In this document: piece by piece, positions 26,601 to 36,108 of the stretch
Position numbering within the stretch: the stretch's first letter is position 1
How the letters are laid out: the number at the start of each line of letters is the position of its first letter
Assembly: GCA_045546815.1 (NCBI GenBank)
Contig: JAZQDN010000054.1
Coordinates: 14,801 to 78,800 of the forward strand
Direction of reading: 5' to 3'
DNA length: 64,000 nt
From: Eubacteriales bacterium
GTDB lineage: Bacteria; Bacillota; Clostridia; Oscillospirales; QAKW01
Notes under the pieces: model-generated
The model's database searches: none
What the model was told of the DNA's origin: nothing
Seen by the model: the letters and a program-made list of their open reading frames with translations, nothing else
Made by a program: the position numbers and the translations under genes

Positions 26601-26606
26601 AAAGGT

Positions 26607-27320
26607 ATGTTTATGGAAAATGCCAGACTAAAAATTTTCAGCGGCAGTGCACTTAAGATGATCGCCGTTATAACGATGCTCATTGACCACGCCGCGCATA
26701 TTTTTAAAGACGACTTTGCCTTTATGGCAAACGTGCTCTTTTCGCTTGGTGGTAAGGAGTATACTGTTTACTATCTGCTGCGGCTTGTCGGTCGGCTTGC
26801 CTTCCCGCTGTTTTGCTTTTTGATAGTTGAGGGGTATCTTCACACAAAAAACGTAAAAAAATATCTGCTGCGGCTGTTTGTGTTTGCACTCGTTTCCGAA
26901 ATTCCGTTTAATCTGCTTATTTGCGGAAAAATCTTCGGGTTGTCGCATCAAAACGTGTTTTTTACTCTGCTTTTGGGGGTATTGCTCCTTTATATTTCCG
27001 ATAACGTAAAGAGCTTGCCCGTAAAGGCGGTGCTGATGCTTGCTCTTGCTGTTGTTGCGGTAGTTTTTCGAGCCGATTACGGACTTTTGGGGGTACTGCT
27101 CATTTTGCTCATCTACCATTTGCGCGACCACCCCGCAGCGCAGGCATTGCTTGCGTATCCGATGCTGTCGGGCGGTGTTGCGGCACTCGCGGCTTTTATA
27201 CCGATAAATATGTACAGCGGTCAGCGAGGGTTTATCAAATCAAAGGTGTTAAAATTCGCTTTTTACCTCTTTTACCCCTTGCATATATTGGTGCTTGTCG
27301 CAATTAAACATCTTATATAA
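26607..27320 (+). CDS. TraX-family membrane protein (putative acyltransferase)
   Basis: 237 aa. LKMIAVITMLIDHAAHIF opening and polytopic profile typical of the TraX family. Confidence 0.65.
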   Translation: MFMENARLKIFSGSALKMIAVITMLIDHAAHIFKDDFAFMANVLFSLGGKEYTVYYLLRLVGRLAFPLFCFLIVEGYLHTKNVKKYLLRLFVFALVSEIPFNLLICGKIFGLSHQNVFFTLLLGVLLLYISDNVKSLPVKAVLMLALAVVAVVFRADYGLLGVLLILLIYHLRDHPAAQALLAYPMLSGGVAALAAFIPINMYSGQRGFIKSKVLKFAFYLFYPLHILVLVAIKHLI

Positions 27321-27350
27321 AAAAACGGGATGAATTTCATCCCGTTTTTT
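27321..27350. terminator. Bidirectional intrinsic terminator
   Basis: A5-cgggatg-aattt-catcccg-T6, between the convergent traX-like and eda genes. Confidence 0.8.
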
Positions 27351-27990
27351 ATATTTTATCGGTGTACTCTTTTGCCAGCGCTTGTATTGCGGCAAAATCG
27401 CCCGCCTCAATCAGCTTTTTGTTTACAATTCCCGAGCCGACGCCGACACCGACAGCACCCGCTTCGATATACTCTGTCATGTTTTGTGCCGTAATGCCGT
27501 TTACTGCAAGCATACGCACGTTTGACAGCGGTGCACTCAACGTTTTTATATACTTTGGGCCGTAAAGGTCGATGGGGAAAACCTTTACAAAATCAGCGCC
27601 CGCGCGATGTGCGCCTGCAACCTCGGTCGGCGTGATGGCGCCGGGTATCGACACAAGCCCCAGTTTTTTTGTAAGCCCGATAATGTCAGCGTTCGTATCG
27701 GGCGAGATTATAAATTTTCCGCCCGCGGAATGTGTGAGCTCCACCTGCTTTTGTGTAAGTACGGTTCCCGCACCGATTGCCATTTTGCCGTCAAAATGCT
27801 CTGCAAGCATTTTTATGTTATCGGCAATTTGCTCATCGGGAATTTTACCGCTTGCGTCAAATGTGCACTCTACAAGCCGTATACCGCCCGCGTACATAGC
27901 GCTTACAAGCGGCAGTAAGCTTTGCTTTGCAACGCCGCGCACTATTACAATAATTTTGTTTTGTTCAATAAGCTCTGATGTGTTTAACAC
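27349..27990 (-). CDS. eda: KDPG/KHG aldolase (Eda family)
   Basis: GTG at 27990 sits 9 nt downstream of AGGAGG (28005..28000) and is preferred over ATG 28029. Motifs VECTFDA, GAGTVL and PGAITPTE..FVKVFP are typical of Eda. Confidence 0.8.
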   Translation of the reverse strand: MLNTSELIEQNKIIVIVRGVAKQSLLPLVSAMYAGGIRLVECTFDASGKIPDEQIADNIKMLAEHFDGKMAIGAGTVLTQKQVELTHSAGGKFIISPDTNADIIGLTKKLGLVSIPGAITPTEVAGAHRAGADFVKVFPIDLYGPKYIKTLSAPLSNVRMLAVNGITAQNMTEYIEAGAVGVGVGSGIVNKKLIEAGDFAAIQALAKEYTDKI

Positions 27991-28757
27991 GGATCTTCCT
28001 CCTGTAGTCTGTACATTCTGTTTTCGCATTTTTCAATAAACCTTTGCCACTCGGTCGGGTCGATAAACGGATTGCTCGGCTCGTTGAGTCTTGACAGCTT
28101 GCCCTCGGTATCGTTTTGACCGACGTGATTGCCGAGTGTAATGTCAACCATCTCGTTTTGTACTTTTTTCAGCCCCTGCAAAAACTTTTGGCGGCAATCT
28201 GTCGGCAGATTCCGCTCCTTTAAGAAGTTGGATTTCATTGAGTTCATACCGATTCCGCCGTGCATACCCGCGCGAAAAACGCTCTGTCCGTCAGTTACGT
28301 TAAAAAAGTATGACATCGTTCCGTCGGTGTGACCGGGGGTTGCCACACAGTAGATTTCGGTGTTTCCGAGCGACAGCGTATCGCCATCGGACAACAGGAT
28401 ATCCGCTTTAAACGGATTAAACGGATAGTGGAAAATATCGCCGTTTAAAAGCGGCAGATCCAACTTTGGAAAGCATACCTTTGCCCCGCTCAAGTGCACA
28501 AGCGCCTGCGTTGCATCGGTGTGGTCATAGTGGCAGTGGGTAAGCACAATATACTTTATGTTTTTCGGGTCAAGCCCCAACTCCCACATATTATTAATCA
28601 CAAGATAAAGGCTTTCTTGGTAGCCGGGGTCAATAACAACAAGTCCGTCCCCCGTATCAATAACGTGCGTTGACGCGGGACGCGTGCCGACAAAATATAA
28701 ATTACCGAATATTTTTGAAGGCTTTATGTAGCCCTCCCAGGCGTTTGACTTAAGCAT
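27984..28757 (-). CDS. MBL-fold metallo-hydrolase
   Basis: ATG 28757 with an AGGAGA RBS is preferred over 28796. LTHCHYDHTD metal-binding motif. Confidence 0.75.
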   Translation of the reverse strand: MLKSNAWEGYIKPSKIFGNLYFVGTRPASTHVIDTGDGLVVIDPGYQESLYLVINNMWELGLDPKNIKYIVLTHCHYDHTDATQALVHLSGAKVCFPKLDLPLLNGDIFHYPFNPFKADILLSDGDTLSLGNTEIYCVATPGHTDGTMSYFFNVTDGQSVFRAGMHGGIGMNSMKSNFLKERNLPTDCRQKFLQGLKKVQNEMVDITLGNHVGQNDTEGKLSRLNEPSNPFIDPTEWQRFIEKCENRMYRLQEEDPC

Positions 28758-29847
28758 TGCTTTTCTCCTTTTCAAACAGATAATCAAGCCCTGCACGAAG
28801 CTTTAACAGCTCAAGTTTATTCTCTGCATCAATTGAACTGCTGTTTTTCAAAAGCTCAAAGTACTGCTCCTTTGCATCGGGGTCAACCTTAAGCTCATAA
28901 ACCGATGACGGCATACCGTACTTTTGCATAAGCTCTGTCAAAAACGCGTTATTGTCCGTTTCGTTATTAAAATGATTTTGCAAAAGAAGACCGACGCCGA
29001 CAATCTCGCCGTGAAGATAGGGACTGCTTTTTTCAGGGTACAGCTTTCGCGTGTTTTCATAAAACTTGTGTGCAAGCGCTGTTTGGTTTGACCCGCGCGC
29101 GATGCCGCTTATAACACCCGTTACCGCTATCGTTGTAAAAATTACGCGCTCAACCGCATCGGTAATTTCGCCCTTTTCCATATCGGAAAGGCAGACTGCC
29201 GTATATTTTGTCAGCTGTTCAAACGACCGCTTTGCCATTATGTACGCCCAGTCAAGTCCGAGCGGATAGTCGGGCATATCCTCGCTGAACCTGTGCTTTA
29301 TTTCCAAAAACTTTGCAAGCGCGTCAAACACGCCCGCTAAAAACAATCGCGGCGGCTGGCTTGCAAGAATCTGTGTGTCCGCAAGCACTGCGTTTACCTC
29401 ATACTCAAAGTGCTTTGTACCGACGGTGCGCCCTTCGGGCGTGTAGCACACGCTGAGCGGTGTGTATGCGGCACACGTTGCGCTCGAGGTCGGGATGTTT
29501 ACAACGGGAAGTCCTGCAAAAAAGCCGACAAGCTTTGCATAGTCCATTATAACACCGCCGCCGACGCCGACAATAACATCGTAGCCGTTTTTTGTTGCAA
29601 AAGCCGCGTGCTCCTTTGCAAACAGCTCACTGCACGGCTTTGTGTGCTCTGAAATTTTATATTTTTTGCACACCGACTCCACACTACTTCCAATCGTGTG
29701 CCCCGCGACGCCCAGCGCGGTTTTTCCGCCGATAATAAGCGGAGAGCTGCCAAAGCGCAGTATCTGCTCGCCGCAGGTGTTTAAAAGCCCTGCCTTTTGC
29801 AAATATCTTCCGCAGCCTATTCTGAACGATTCTTCTCTTATTGGCAT
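28750..29847 (-). CDS. Iron-containing alcohol/glycerol dehydrogenase family protein
   Basis: 365 aa. GVGGGVIMDYAK nucleotide-binding motif. Fe-ADH fold length. Confidence 0.75.
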   Translation of the reverse strand: MPIREESFRIGCGRYLQKAGLLNTCGEQILRFGSSPLIIGGKTALGVAGHTIGSSVESVCKKYKISEHTKPCSELFAKEHAAFATKNGYDVIVGVGGGVIMDYAKLVGFFAGLPVVNIPTSSATCAAYTPLSVCYTPEGRTVGTKHFEYEVNAVLADTQILASQPPRLFLAGVFDALAKFLEIKHRFSEDMPDYPLGLDWAYIMAKRSFEQLTKYTAVCLSDMEKGEITDAVERVIFTTIAVTGVISGIARGSNQTALAHKFYENTRKLYPEKSSPYLHGEIVGVGLLLQNHFNNETDNNAFLTELMQKYGMPSSVYELKVDPDAKEQYFELLKNSSSIDAENKLELLKLRAGLDYLFEKEKSNA

Positions 29848-29998
29848 TTTATTGCTCCTTTAGGTTACATATATTTATTTTAGCACTAATTCTATACTTT
29901 TTAAAGTCAAAGTGTTAATTATTTTTTTCGTCTCATAAAATATTTTGATATGGTTTTTGTCAACAATAATGACAAACACAGTAGCAAGGGGGAACGTT

Positions 29999-32311
29999 AT
30001 GGAACGATTTTCAAAAAAAGCAGGGCAAGCGCTTCAGTCAGCGCAAAAGACCGCCTCATCGCTCGGTCATACCTACATCGGCTCTGAACATCTGATTCTC
30101 GGAATACTATTACAGCCCGACAGCGTCGGCGCAAGAATACTTATGTCTCGCGGCATTACCTTTGATAAGGTCAAAACACGTCTTTGTGAGCTTGTCGGCT
30201 CATCGTCGCAGACATCGCTTAGCGCGTCCGATATGACCGCGCGCACACGCAGGATAATTGAGCAGTCAATGACGTTTGCGCGTCGTTACGGCTTCAGTGC
30301 AATCGGCACAGAGCACATTCTGCTCGCAATCGCGCACGAGTCGCAGAGCGTTGCAATGCAGATTTTAACCTATCTTGGCACTGACAGCAAGGCACTGCGC
30401 GACACCGTTACCGAAAAGCTGGGGCTTTACGAAATCCCGACTGCCGCCTCAAAGTCACAAAAGACATATAAAACGCTTACAAAATATGCGCAAAACCTTG
30501 TCAGCCGCGCACGCGAAGGAAAAATACCCGATGTTGTGGGCAGGGAAGCGGAGCTTAAACGGGTTATGAGCATACTTACCCGCCACACCAAAAACAACCC
30601 CTGCCTTATCGGTGAGCCGGGTGTTGGCAAAACCTGTATTGCCGAAGGTCTTGCCCTGCTTATTGCAAAGGGTGACGTGCCGCCGCAGCTTGCCGATAAG
30701 CAGATATTTATGCTCGACCTCACAGCGCTCATCGCGGGCTCAAAATACCGCGGTGAGTTTGAGGAGCGTCTGCGCACGGTAATTGACGAAGTGGAGAAAA
30801 ACCCCGAAATTATACTATTTGTAGACGAAATTCACATTATTGTGGGCGCGGGCGCCGCGGAAGGCGCGATTGACGCGGGCAATATCTTAAAGCCTGCGCT
30901 TGCTCGCGGGCGGATAAAAATGATTGGTGCAACAACTACTGTCGAGTATCGCAAGCATATAGAAAAGGACAGAGCTCTTGAGCGCCGCTTTGCTCCCGTC
31001 ATAATCGACGAGCCGAGCGAGAGCGTGTCGCTCGATATCTTAAAGAGCATCCGCCCGACTCTCGAGTCACACCACAGCGTTACAATAACTGACGAAGCGC
31101 TGAAGGCGGCGGTGACGCTGTCACGTCGGTATATCGGTGACAGATTTTTGCCCGACAAGGCGATCGATATTATTGACGAGAGCGCGTCCAATGCAAAAAT
31201 AACAGAGATTGCAAAGGCGTGCGAGCACAAAAAGAAAACCCGCGCGCAGATAGAGGACCTTATAAAGCGCGGGATGTATGCAAACGCCGCGCGTCTGCGT
31301 TCGGAACTCGCAGTCGAAAACGCGGCGTTTACACCGATAATTGACAAAAAAGACGTATGCGGGGCGTTGTCGCGCTGGACAGGAATACCTGTGAGCACGC
31401 TGACGGGCGAAAACTGTCATAACTTTTTGCAGTTAAAAGAAACACTTTTACAAAAAATCATCGGGCAGACAGCCGCCGTAACGGAGGTGTGCGACGCGCT
31501 GATGCACGCGGGCACGGGGCTGTGTGACCCTGACAGACCCCTTGCATCGTTCATTTTTGCAGGTCCTACGGGTGTCGGCAAGACAGAGCTGTGCAGACAG
31601 ATTGCCAAAAACCTGTTTGGCTCGCAAAAGGCGCTCATAAAGCTTGATATGTCAGAGTACAGCGAGCGCCACAGCATTGCGCGGCTCACCGGCTCACCGC
31701 CGGGATATGTCGGTCATGACGACGGCGGTAAGCTGTGCGAGCAGGTGCGCGCACGTCCGTACAGTATTGTGTTGTTTGACGAGATGGAAAAGGCACACCC
31801 CGATGTTTTAAATATCCTGCTCGGCATTCTCGATGACGGCACACTCACCGACACGCGCGGCAACACCGCATCGTTTAAAAACACGGTTATCGTGCTCACC
31901 ACCAACATCGGTCAGCTTGAAAAGCACGCGGGATTTATCGGGCAAAGTGACAGCGCAGTTATCGGCGCGCTTAAAAAGACGCTGCGCCCCGAGCTTATAA
32001 ACCGTATCGACAAAACGGTGGTCTTTTCTCCGCTTGACGACGACGCAATAAAAATCATCGCAAAAAACTGCCTTGCCGAAATAAGCAAACGCCTTGAGGG
32101 CAGGGGTATGCATATTGATTTCGACGACAGTGTCTGCGACTATATCGCGGGCAAAAATAAAAGCTATGAATACGGTGCACGAAACGTAAAGCGGCTTGTT
32201 GCCAGATACGTAGGCGACCCCGTTGCACAGCTTATTGCAAACGGCACGCTCGCTCCCGATTGCAATACAACCCTCACCCTTGACGATTTACTGCAAAAAA
32301 TATTGCGATAA
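29999..32311 (+). CDS. clpC: ATP-dependent Clp protease ATP-binding subunit ClpC-like (class I AAA+)
   Basis: ATG 29999 (RBS AGGGGGA) gives [16 protein letters not shown]. Clp_N repeats. Two Walker A motifs, GEPGVGKT and GPTGVGKT. Confidence 0.85.
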   Translation: MERFSKKAGQALQSAQKTASSLGHTYIGSEHLILGILLQPDSVGARILMSRGITFDKVKTRLCELVGSSSQTSLSASDMTARTRRIIEQSMTFARRYGFSAIGTEHILLAIAHESQSVAMQILTYLGTDSKALRDTVTEKLGLYEIPTAASKSQKTYKTLTKYAQNLVSRAREGKIPDVVGREAELKRVMSILTRHTKNNPCLIGEPGVGKTCIAEGLALLIAKGDVPPQLADKQIFMLDLTALIAGSKYRGEFEERLRTVIDEVEKNPEIILFVDEIHIIVGAGAAEGAIDAGNILKPALARGRIKMIGATTTVEYRKHIEKDRALERRFAPVIIDEPSESVSLDILKSIRPTLESHHSVTITDEALKAAVTLSRRYIGDRFLPDKAIDIIDESASNAKITEIAKACEHKKKTRAQIEDLIKRGMYANAARLRSELAVENAAFTPIIDKKDVCGALSRWTGIPVSTLTGENCHNFLQLKETLLQKIIGQTAAVTEVCDALMHAGTGLCDPDRPLASFIFAGPTGVGKTELCRQIAKNLFGSQKALIKLDMSEYSERHSIARLTGSPPGYVGHDDGGKLCEQVRARPYSIVLFDEMEKAHPDVLNILLGILDDGTLTDTRGNTASFKNTVIVLTTNIGQLEKHAGFIGQSDSAVIGALKKTLRPELINRIDKTVVFSPLDDDAIKIIAKNCLAEISKRLEGRGMHIDFDDSVCDYIAGKNKSYEYGARNVKRLVARYVGDPVAQLIANGTLAPDCNTTLTLDDLLQKILR

Positions 32312-32337
32312 TATGCCATGTTATAGTAATAAGTACT

Positions 32338-32377
32338 AAAAAAAGCCGACAGAATTGTATAATTTTGTCGGCTTTTT
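32338..32377. terminator. Bidirectional intrinsic terminator
   Basis: A-run, gccgaca (32345..32351) pairing with tgtcggc (32366..32372), T5. Lies between convergent clpC and the serpin gene. Confidence 0.8.
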
Positions 32378-32435
32378 ATATGCTTTTAAACGATTTCAAC
32401 GAAGTTTTGCACAAAAATGTTCAAAATGTTGATTT

Positions 32436-33785
32436 TTACGGTTGGTTTACAATACCGATAAAACGGGGCATTCCGTCCTTACCGCTTACTGCAAAAATGA
32501 ACGGGCGGTCGAGCACCATATCAACCTCGTCTTTGGGAGGTGCAGCGCCTGCGTCCTTTGCAATTACGGTATAAGCCGCCGCCTCGCACCCTTCCTCGTC
32601 TATTTTAACGCGGGCGGCGTGCTTTGCCTGCGAAACAAACAGCGGATAGTCGGTGGTAAGAGGCGAAAAATCGGAAACGGTGTAGTCAAACGCCGATTTT
32701 ATTCCAAGCGTTTCAAGGCATTCGATAAGGTCGGTGTCAGACATTACGTCAAACTTTGGCAGTGTCAGGTTTACAATGGGGTAGGCGGTCTGCACCCCGC
32801 CGTCATAGTTGTATTTATCAGCGTCCCCCGTTATGATGTCGAGCACAGCGTCGCTGTTTATAATGTCATACACGCTTTTTTGTTCATCGGGCAGAATAAA
32901 GTACATACGGCTGTCCTGCTCAAAGCCGAGGCTTGTTGCGCTGTAGCCGTCACCATAGTAATACGACTGCGAGCGCGAGCTGTTCATAAACTCGGTCTGC
33001 ACCTTGCCGTCTGATGTGTTAAAATCCCGCGTTTCGTTTAAGCTCTCGTTAAACTTAACGTCCCACTTTGCTTTAAAGTATATCGTTGACACAAGCGCCG
33101 CGATCGTCGCGTCGTTAAACTTAAGCTCCTTTGTGCTGTCATTGAGCAGGTCCTTTGTGTTGTCATTTATCCACTCTTTTATTGCCTGCACATACTTTTT
33201 GTCGGAAAAATTGCCCGAGGCGGTCGACGCATAGTAGCTGTCCTTTAAGATGTTTATCGTGTCCTGATTATAGTTTATGCCGTCACGCAGCCACAGCGAG
33301 TTTGCAAGCACCGACGAATAAACGCCGTTGTCAGCATACAACTTCTGCCACAGCTTGTTTGCGTTTTGGCGAAGGTCGGATATATCGTCCTTGCCGAGCA
33401 CTGATAAAATTTCGTTACGTGTACTGCTGTCTGTACACTCTGCGAGCATCGCAAGCGCAAAGTATATGTTAGCGGGTGAGTACACAAGGTTTTGCCCGTC
33501 ATCCTTTGCAAGCACACCGAGAGTGTTTTTAACATATTCACGAAAATCGCTATCGTCAATTTCAATGTTATTTTTCTCGTGCTCGATGTCAAACCACTCA
33601 CTGTAGGCGTCAGAAAATTCCTCGTAGTTTGCAAAGCTTTCTTCTAACGGATAGCTGACCTGCGTGGGATACTCCGCTGTGCCGAGCGGTGTGTATCGTG
33701 CTTCAAGACACTGGTCCTTGCCCCTGCAACCAAAAAGTGAAAGAGATATTATTGTTATTAATAATAATGAAATGATTTTTTTCAT
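32436..33785 (-). CDS. Serpin-family protease inhibitor, lipoprotein
   Basis: 449 aa. Lipobox SLSLFGC-RG. Serpin hinge/RCL and C-terminus: KIDEEGCEAAAYTVIAKDAGAAPPKDEVDMVLDRPFIFAV...PRFIGIVNQP. Confidence 0.85.
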   Translation of the reverse strand: MKKIISLLLITIISLSLFGCRGKDQCLEARYTPLGTAEYPTQVSYPLEESFANYEEFSDAYSEWFDIEHEKNNIEIDDSDFREYVKNTLGVLAKDDGQNLVYSPANIYFALAMLAECTDSSTRNEILSVLGKDDISDLRQNANKLWQKLYADNGVYSSVLANSLWLRDGINYNQDTINILKDSYYASTASGNFSDKKYVQAIKEWINDNTKDLLNDSTKELKFNDATIAALVSTIYFKAKWDVKFNESLNETRDFNTSDGKVQTEFMNSSRSQSYYYGDGYSATSLGFEQDSRMYFILPDEQKSVYDIINSDAVLDIITGDADKYNYDGGVQTAYPIVNLTLPKFDVMSDTDLIECLETLGIKSAFDYTVSDFSPLTTDYPLFVSQAKHAARVKIDEEGCEAAAYTVIAKDAGAAPPKDEVDMVLDRPFIFAVSGKDGMPRFIGIVNQP

Positions 33786-33797
33786 AGTATCGCTCCT

Positions 33798-35465
33798 TTA
33801 CGGCTGGTTTACAACCCCGATAAAACGGGGGAGGTCGTCAACGCCGGTTACAACAAATATAAACGGACGGTCGAGGGTAAAGTCAAACTCGTTTTTAGAA
33901 GTAACCACGCCTGTTATCATATACTCGTCAACATACGATGTGCCCACACAGCCCTCTTCGTCTATTTTTACGCGTGTTGCCTGATTGACCTTGTCAAGCC
34001 ACAGCGGTAAATGCGTCGAAATGTTTGAAAAATCGGCAGTCTTGCTGTTAAATGCATCGTTTATACCAATGGCTTTAAGGCTTTCGGTAAGGTCAAGGTC
34101 TGCTTCAATATCAAATTTGGGAATTGAAACATTTATTTTAGACTCGTCATACGTTGTTACGCCCTTTGATGTATTGCTGTCGGAAATAAAATTATAAAAA
34201 ACGCTGTCTTTTAAAACGTCATTTACCGTTTTGTCTTCGTCAGGTAAAATAAATGTCACGTTACCCGACTCGTAAAGTCCTTTCTTTATGGCGCTGAAGC
34301 TGTCTGATTTATAAAAGGCGTCCGATGCCACAAATGCTCTCATAAAGTCACAGTTGACATCGCCGTTTACGCCGTGGAAAGTACCTTTTTTTACAAGCTT
34401 TTCACCGAATTTTGTGTGCCACTGTGCTTTAAAAAACAGAGTTGACATAACTGACATCGCCGTGTCGGGTGAAAAAGACTTTTTTTGAATGTTGTCTGCA
34501 AGCAGACCGCCCGTTTGCTCGTTCAGCCAGTTGCGCATTGCCTGCGAATATTCCTGCGTTTTAAAATCGCCCGCAAAGGTTGATGCATAGTATTTATTCT
34601 TTAAAATATCAATTGTCTGTTGATTATATTCAGTACCGCCTGACAGCCAGACAGAGTTTGCCTGTACCGAGGTCGTAACACCGTTGTTAAAATAAAACTT
34701 TTGCCAGAGCTTGCTATTGTTTTCGCGCAAGTCTTCAACACTGCTTTTGCCGAGTAAGTCTAACAGCTCGTCGCGTGTGTTGCCGTCTGCGGTCTCTGCC
34801 AGCATCGATAGTGCAAAATACAGCGTTGACGGGGAGTAGACAAAATTATCTTTTTTTGCACTGTCTGTAAGTGAACCGAGCGTTTTTTTGACAAAGTCTG
34901 CGTTGCCCGCGTTGTCTGTAGGCAACGCAGATATGCCGTCAAGGTAACTTTTAAGCGCCTGCTTTGCTGCTGCTTTTTCTTCGCCCTCAAGCTTGTTTAC
35001 TGCATAGTGCGTCGGCATTGTGGGATAGACTGCCGTGCCAAGTATCTTTGCGATTGGTGATACAACGGGAAAAACCGTTGGCTGTGACTGATTGTCTTTT
35101 TGCGGTTCAGTGGGAGATGTCGGCTGCTGCGAGCTGCCCGCAGATGTGTTGTTATCTTCGGGCGGCATTGAATTGTTGTTATCTTTCGGTGCGGAAGGGT
35201 CGCTGTTGTTATCCGCCGAGCCTTTATCGGTCGAGCCGTCGGGAATCTCCTCTGTCGGTTCGTTTTCGATATAGCCTATTTCATCATCGATAGGTCGTGT
35301 GCGGAAATAAACCGTAACCGCGCTCACAACGAGCACAAGGCAGGCAACCGCCGACACAGCGCGTATAATTATTGCTTTTCTTTTGTTTTTTCTCGCTCTG
35401 TCTGCGCGTAAAAGCAGACCTGCGTCAATATTTCCGATAAGTTCATAAAGCTTTTCCGGCTTCAT
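33798..35465 (-). CDS. Single-pass membrane protein: short cytoplasmic anti-sigma-like N-terminus + TM + low-complexity linker + serpin domain
   Basis: 555 aa. Residues 1-30 MKPEKLYELIGNIDAGLLLRADRARKNKRK. TM about 31-54. P/N/D/S/Q-rich linker. Serpin domain ends EEGCVGTSYVDEYMITGVVTSKNEFDFTLDRPFIFVV...PRFIGVVNQP. The start overlaps the sigma gene stop (ATGA). Confidence 0.8.
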   Translation of the reverse strand: MKPEKLYELIGNIDAGLLLRADRARKNKRKAIIIRAVSAVACLVLVVSAVTVYFRTRPIDDEIGYIENEPTEEIPDGSTDKGSADNNSDPSAPKDNNNSMPPEDNNTSAGSSQQPTSPTEPQKDNQSQPTVFPVVSPIAKILGTAVYPTMPTHYAVNKLEGEEKAAAKQALKSYLDGISALPTDNAGNADFVKKTLGSLTDSAKKDNFVYSPSTLYFALSMLAETADGNTRDELLDLLGKSSVEDLRENNSKLWQKFYFNNGVTTSVQANSVWLSGGTEYNQQTIDILKNKYYASTFAGDFKTQEYSQAMRNWLNEQTGGLLADNIQKKSFSPDTAMSVMSTLFFKAQWHTKFGEKLVKKGTFHGVNGDVNCDFMRAFVASDAFYKSDSFSAIKKGLYESGNVTFILPDEDKTVNDVLKDSVFYNFISDSNTSKGVTTYDESKINVSIPKFDIEADLDLTESLKAIGINDAFNSKTADFSNISTHLPLWLDKVNQATRVKIDEEGCVGTSYVDEYMITGVVTSKNEFDFTLDRPFIFVVTGVDDLPRFIGVVNQP

Positions 35466-36022
35466 ATGGTATAGCCCTCCTTTATAAGAAATTCTTTAAG
35501 GTCATTGCGTGTTCTGTGAAGGGTTGTTTTTACTTTTGATTCGGAGCAGGCGCAAAACCTTGCGATATCGCGTGTTGAGTCGTTATAGAAATATCGCATA
35601 ACAAACATATCACAGGCAGCTGTTGATTGCTTTTTTAAAAACGAGTCAATCGCGCGTACCAGCTCTTTTTGCATAGCGCTGTCCTCGGTGTCGTCACTGC
35701 CCGACACAATTTCTGACAGCTCTGACAGCGTCAGTGTGTACTCGCCGCCGCCCCTGCGCTCTGCCGTTTTTTTGCGAAGAAGGTCGACCGACACAAATCG
35801 GGTTATACGTGCAAGAAAGGTCGATAAGACATTTGGCTTTTGCGGGGGGATGCTGTTCCACGCTTTAAGATATGTATCGTTTACGCATTCTTTTGCGTCT
35901 TCCGTATCACAGACAATATTGTATGATATTTTTTTAAGGTAGCTACCGTATTTTTTGTCAGTATGTGTTATTGCGCTCTCGTCACGTGACGTGTACAGCT
36001 CAACTATCTTTTTGTCGTTCAT
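35462..36022 (-). CDS. ECF-type sigma-70 family RNA polymerase sigma factor
   Basis: 186 aa. Region 2 (DAKECVNDTYLKAWN) and region 4 HTH (STRDIARFCACSESKVKTTLHRTRNDLKEFL). No region 1 or 3. Confidence 0.85.
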   Translation of the reverse strand: MNDKKIVELYTSRDESAITHTDKKYGSYLKKISYNIVCDTEDAKECVNDTYLKAWNSIPPQKPNVLSTFLARITRFVSVDLLRKKTAERRGGGEYTLTLSELSEIVSGSDDTEDSAMQKELVRAIDSFLKKQSTAACDMFVMRYFYNDSTRDIARFCACSESKVKTTLHRTRNDLKEFLIKEGYTI

Positions 36023-36046
36023 AAATTAACCCCCTTCTACCATATA

Positions 36047-36073
36047 ATTCGTAAACAAAATAAAAAAGTTACA
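36047..36073 (-). promoter_or_regulatory. Speculative ECF-like promoter upstream of the sigma gene
   Basis: Minus strand TGTAAC (36073..36068), 16 nt, CGAAT (36051..36047), about 25 nt before ATG 36022. No convincing sigma-A hexamers in this interval. Confidence 0.25.
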
Positions 36074-36074
36074 A

Positions 36075-36108
36075 AAAAACGCCAAAAAAATCAGTTTTTG
36101 GCGTTTTT
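36075..36108 (-). terminator. Intrinsic terminator after the CPBP gene
   Basis: cgccaaaaa (36080..36088) pairs with tttttggcg (36095..36103). On the minus strand a T-run follows. Confidence 0.8.

Noticed and set aside
26607-27320. TraX-family gene as a marker of a conjugative element.
   Set aside because: There are no relaxase, coupling protein, T4SS, integrase or repeat boundaries nearby. TraX-like acyltransferases are common chromosomal genes in Clostridia.
29848-29998. Possible CtsR operator upstream of clpC (AGTCAAAG at 29905..29912).
   Set aside because: Only one heptad resembling GGTCAAA is present. The direct-repeat second heptad expected for CtsR boxes is not there, and no ctsR/mcsA/mcsB genes precede clpC.
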